The translations under genes and the position numbers were made by a program. 29,003 nucleotides of DNA, taken from the sequence record SRR31156797_362. One strand, 5' to 3'. How positions within the stretch are numbered: the stretch's first letter is position 1; every line of letters starts with the position of its first letter. The notes under the pieces are model-generated. The model did not search any database and was not told the origin of the DNA. It saw only the letters and a program-made list of their open reading frames with translations. Shown piece by piece: positions 25,882-29,003 of the stretch.

Positions 25882-27117
25882 CTACGCTGCGGAGCGACGA
25901 CCTCGATTGGAGTTGCGTTTCCTTGAATTGGAAAAGCGATTCTTGGGAGGACGGCGGCCGGGTTTGCGAGTGTCTACCTTGGTGCTGACGGCGTTATGGT
26001 CAAATCCGTCAATGGTATTTTGTTCAACCTTGATACGCATGACCCGCTCGATAGCTTTGATCTGGGACCGTTCTTCCGGGGTCACAAGACTGACGGCTGT
26101 ACCGGAACGACCGGCTCGACCTGTCCGTCCGATGCGGTGAGTATATGTCTCGACAGTGTCCGGCATGTCAAAATTGATGACATGGGAAATACGGTCGCAA
26201 TCGATACCGCGCGCGGCGATGTCGGTGGCTACCATGATGTTGAACTGCCCGTTACGAAATCCGTCCAACGCTCTTTGACGCTGACCCTGGCTCATATTGC
26301 CCTGAAGGAAAGTGCAGTTTTCTCCGTTGTTACAGAGCTTGCGCGCCAGATTCTTTGCCTTGTGCTTTGTGCGGGTAAAGATGAGTACGCTTTTATGGTC
26401 AGTTGTCGCGAGTATTTTTCCCAACAGTGAAAGCTTGAGATGATTGGGCGCCTTGTACTGAACATGCCCGACGCTTTCCACGGAGACCGTGTTGGCGACC
26501 TGAACGGTTTTGGGTTGATTCAGGATATTTTCTGCGAGCTTTCTGATATCGGAGGGCATGGTGGCGGAGAAGAGCAGATTCTGCCTTTTGGCGGGCAGTT
26601 TAGCCAAAATGCGCTTGATGTCCGGCATAAAGCCCATGTCGAGCATCCTATCCGCTTCGTCCAGAACCAACGTGTTGATCTGGTTGAGATTGACGGCGTT
26701 CATTTTCATGAGGCGGACCAATCGACCGGGGCAGGCCACGATTACGCGGGAATAGCTGAAGGCCTTGATTTGTGGGTTCATGCCCACGCCGCCTATGACA
26801 GCCGCACTGCGGACACCGGTTTGTTTGCCAAGAGCGACAAAGCTTTCATGAATTTGCAATGCCAGCTCACGAGTTGGAGCAAGAACCAGAATTTTGGGTG
26901 CACCCTTGGCGGGCAGCCTTTCATCCAGCAGACGTTGCAGGGTTGGCAGGGCGAACGCAGCGGTTTTGCCGGTGCCGGTTTGGGCCAATCCCATGACATC
27001 GTGCCCTTTGAGCACGTGAGGGATTGCCTGAGTTTGAATAGGGGTCGGGGTTTCATAGCCACAGAATTTGATGCCCGCATTAAGACGATTATCAAAAGAA
27101 AAAGAGGAAAAAGCCAT
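25882..27117 (-). CDS. DEAD-box RNA helicase (RhlE-like)
   Basis: Start MAFSSF at 27117 (SD AAGGA); PTPIQ, AQTGTGKT, PTRELA, DEAD, SAT, ATDIAARGID, HRIGRTGRAG, basic C-terminal tail. Confidence 0.93.
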   Translation of the reverse strand: MAFSSFSFDNRLNAGIKFCGYETPTPIQTQAIPHVLKGHDVMGLAQTGTGKTAAFALPTLQRLLDERLPAKGAPKILVLAPTRELALQIHESFVALGKQTGVRSAAVIGGVGMNPQIKAFSYSRVIVACPGRLVRLMKMNAVNLNQINTLVLDEADRMLDMGFMPDIKRILAKLPAKRQNLLFSATMPSDIRKLAENILNQPKTVQVANTVSVESVGHVQYKAPNHLKLSLLGKILATTDHKSVLIFTRTKHKAKNLARKLCNNGENCTFLQGNMSQGQRQRALDGFRNGQFNIMVATDIAARGIDCDRISHVINFDMPDTVETYTHRIGRTGRAGRSGTAVSLVTPEERSQIKAIERVMRIKVEQNTIDGFDHNAVSTKVDTRKPGRRPPKNRFSNSRKRNSNRGRRSAA

Positions 27118-27519
27118 ATGATCCTTGTGTGAAAAGGTATTAATGACGACGGCGCGCAACAGCGGTCGTGTCCGGGTAAACCGGATTATGTATAAGGGAT
27201 GGCTCTGGTACGTGGAATAAATCTTGTTTCGACAAACCGAAACGATGGCGTCCAAATGGGACAAAGAAGTAATCGTGCGTCCAGTTACGCTGAGCAGGTA
27301 CTACTTGTCCTATTAGGTGAGGAAAGTAAAGGGGTATTAAAAATGGTAGTTTTATCTAGACTAATTAGTATGTTGGGATGGTTTTTTAGTTAAATTTTTG
27401 TTTAAAATCAAAGTCAGATTAAAGCCTTTGTTAAGTAAAGTGTCCTTTTTTAGATGCAATCTTTCAGGAAATAATAAAAATGAGGCGAAAAATTCAAAGA
27501 ATAAAACCTGTTTTAAATG

Positions 27520-27553
27520 AAAAAAAGCTCTGAATCGATGTTCAGAGCTTTTT
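27520..27553 (-). terminator. Terminator following the displaced tRNA 3'-end copy
   Basis: AAAAAAAGCTCTGAA-tcgatg-TTCAGAGCTTTTT. Confidence 0.8.
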
Positions 27554-27560
27554 ATTTTGC

Positions 27561-27575
27561 TGGCGGAGAGGGTGG
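27561..27575 (-). repeat. att-like direct repeat of the tRNA-Ser 3' end
   Basis: TGGCGGAGAGGGTGG is identical to 28975-28989; the match extends to 27/29 nt (27547-27575 versus 28961-28989). Confidence 0.85.
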
Positions 27576-27674
27576 AAAAAGGTCTGTCCGACTTTCCAAC
27601 CTTGTAATAATTTAACCTTGATGTGTGCACAAAGGGCGCTGTGTAGCACTTCTGTGTAGCTGTGGTCTACTAGC

Positions 27675-28724
27675 TTACGTGCGAGCAATTCGTTTCTGAT
27701 TCTTTTTACTTTTAAAACGCTCTTGTATCCTAGGATACTGAGGAGATTGGCCCACTCCTTCAACAATGAAAAGTTCTTCTAACATCTCAGCGGCACTCAC
27801 TAATGCAGACTGCGTATTCAGTTTTACAAGCTCATATCGATAGTCATGTCCATGAGGTAACTTTAACAATAAACACGGATGACCTTTATGATGTTCTAGT
27901 GATATAAATGTAGCATTTTCATCTTGGACTATATCTCTCAGTTCGTAGGCAATTCGATCTGCAAACATTCTTGTATCAATTGGCGTACGAGCCATTGTAT
28001 TTCCATTAAGAACCATTCTGGCTTGTCCTTGGCTGTCTGCAAAATGAATATTTACTCCATTGGTTTTCAGGTTTTTTATATCTTGGGGGCTAGGTTGATC
28101 TGTGAAAGAGGGCAAAATTCCTTTCATAACGGGACACAACGAATCAGCAACAACTGGAAGTTCAGTCTCTAGCACATTGAAAATAGGGTTTTCTTTCGAT
28201 TCGATATACATGTCAGAGTGGCAACCTATAGCAAGTAATGTTATTTCATGCGTATGAAATAAAGCATATACGAGTTGGTCATTCGTCAATTTGTTGTACC
28301 CAACATGGAAGTGTCGTATGTGCATACTGTCTGCCATAAAGTCAGCTATGAATCGCCCGGATTTGTCAAAAAAACCTTGATTGTTATGCGTAACAAACCG
28401 CTCACGTTTGTTAAGATTTGGGTTGTTGAGACGCTTATCCCCAATCTGTAAACAATCAATTAGTTCGCCAAGCTTAGTCCTAACGATAGGATCTTGTATC
28501 GCTCCTTCCTGCACGATGAAGGCTCCCGTTTTTTTTACCGAATATGGGAAAGCACGAATTTGAGATTTCATATGTCGCTTTATCACAGCAATTGACAGCC
28601 CTAAGCCCTTGCCTATTAGATGTTTCCTTTCTTGAGAAGATAGTAATTCAAGTGCTGTTTTCTCGAAGTACTTGGCTAAACCTTGGTAGACAGACATTCG
28701 CTTTATACGCTTTTTATTTGCCAT
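27675..28724 (-). CDS. Hypothetical protein (349 aa) with a YafQ/RelE-like ribonuclease motif
   Basis: Long ORF; KLGELIDCLQIG and IRHFHVG...DQLVY....EITLLAIGCHSDMY resemble the YafQ pattern KL..VI..L..G / ECHI..DWLLIY....L.L.RTG.HSDLF. Confidence 0.65.
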   Translation of the reverse strand: MANKKRIKRMSVYQGLAKYFEKTALELLSSQERKHLIGKGLGLSIAVIKRHMKSQIRAFPYSVKKTGAFIVQEGAIQDPIVRTKLGELIDCLQIGDKRLNNPNLNKRERFVTHNNQGFFDKSGRFIADFMADSMHIRHFHVGYNKLTNDQLVYALFHTHEITLLAIGCHSDMYIESKENPIFNVLETELPVVADSLCPVMKGILPSFTDQPSPQDIKNLKTNGVNIHFADSQGQARMVLNGNTMARTPIDTRMFADRIAYELRDIVQDENATFISLEHHKGHPCLLLKLPHGHDYRYELVKLNTQSALVSAAEMLEELFIVEGVGQSPQYPRIQERFKSKKNQKRIART

Positions 28725-28931
28725 TATGTATACCTGTTCGTAATGGAATATTGATTCGACAGTTAAATAATAAGATTAGCCATACAAAAAAGGAAAATAC
28801 ACCCCAAGACTAAAACACGCAAAGATAAAGCCCGTCCAGAGGAGTAGTCAGGGATAATGGTTACAGAACGCCACAGAATTAGGTGGGGCTCTACAATTCT
28901 TAAATTAATGAATTATACAGAAATTAATTAC

Positions 28932-28967
28932 AAAAAAGCCTTTGGGTCTATGACCCAAAGGCTTTTT
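28932..28967 (-). terminator. tRNA terminator
   Basis: AAAAAAGCCTTTGGGTC-tat-GACCCAAAGGCTTTTT directly downstream of the tRNA CCA. Confidence 0.88.
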
Positions 28968-28974
28968 ATTTTCA

Positions 28975-29003
28975 TGGCGGAGAGGGTGGGATTCGAACCC
29001 ACG
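28975..29003 (-). tRNA. 3' part of a tRNA, probably tRNA-Ser (anticodon outside the window)
   Basis: Reverse complement CGTGGG-TTCGAAT-CCCAC-CCTCTCC-G-CCA gives the T-arm, an acceptor strand pairing with GGAGAGG, discriminator G and an encoded CCA. Confidence 0.85.

Larger units (their letters stand above)
27561..28989. mobile_element. ~1.4-kb tRNA-Ser-integrated mini-island without integrase
   Basis: Bounded by the duplicated tRNA 3' end, visibly AT-rich, single cargo gene. Confidence 0.7.

Noticed and set aside
25907-27132. Long plus-strand ORFs opposite the helicase (and similar ones opposite acc and hdr genes)
   Set aside because: Antisense shadows of well-supported genes, with no recognisable motifs.

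Overview
Chromosomal window, most likely from a sulfate-reducing Desulfovibrionaceae (Pseudodesulfovibrio/Desulfovibrio-like; inferred from gene content). The left half (1-12.5 kb) is housekeeping and redox accessory: accC plus a fused AccA-AccD, an NAD(P)H/FAD oxidoreductase, a CHASE2 adenylate cyclase, a 59-aa ferredoxin missed by the ORF track, a DUF1499 lipoprotein, ATL, a cytochrome c/b561-like membrane protein paired with a cytochrome P460, a UxxC peroxiredoxin-like selenoprotein split by an in-frame UGA, and an orphan GltD/NfnB-like flavoprotein. The centre (12.6-25.8 kb) holds a sigma54 enhancer-binding protein with a Gly-substituted pseudo-receiver, divergent from an ~11.2-kb operon: IS3-OrfA-like HTH gene, hdrA, mvhD, fdhB/frhB-like, tandem HdrA-HdrA with an inserted pseudo-receiver (same Asp-to-Gly change), hdrC, hdrB, tandem USP, and an HdrD/DsrK-like selenoprotein (UGA plus clear SECIS hairpin). 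This operon is the best candidate for an undescribed system: an Hdr-type electron-bifurcation module that seems to carry its own signalling domain and a possibly domesticated transposase fragment. The right end has a DEAD-box helicase and a 1.4-kb integrase-less mini-island bounded by duplicated tRNA-Ser 3' ends, carrying one gene with a YafQ/RelE-like nuclease motif. All family calls come from motif recognition; no database searches were run.
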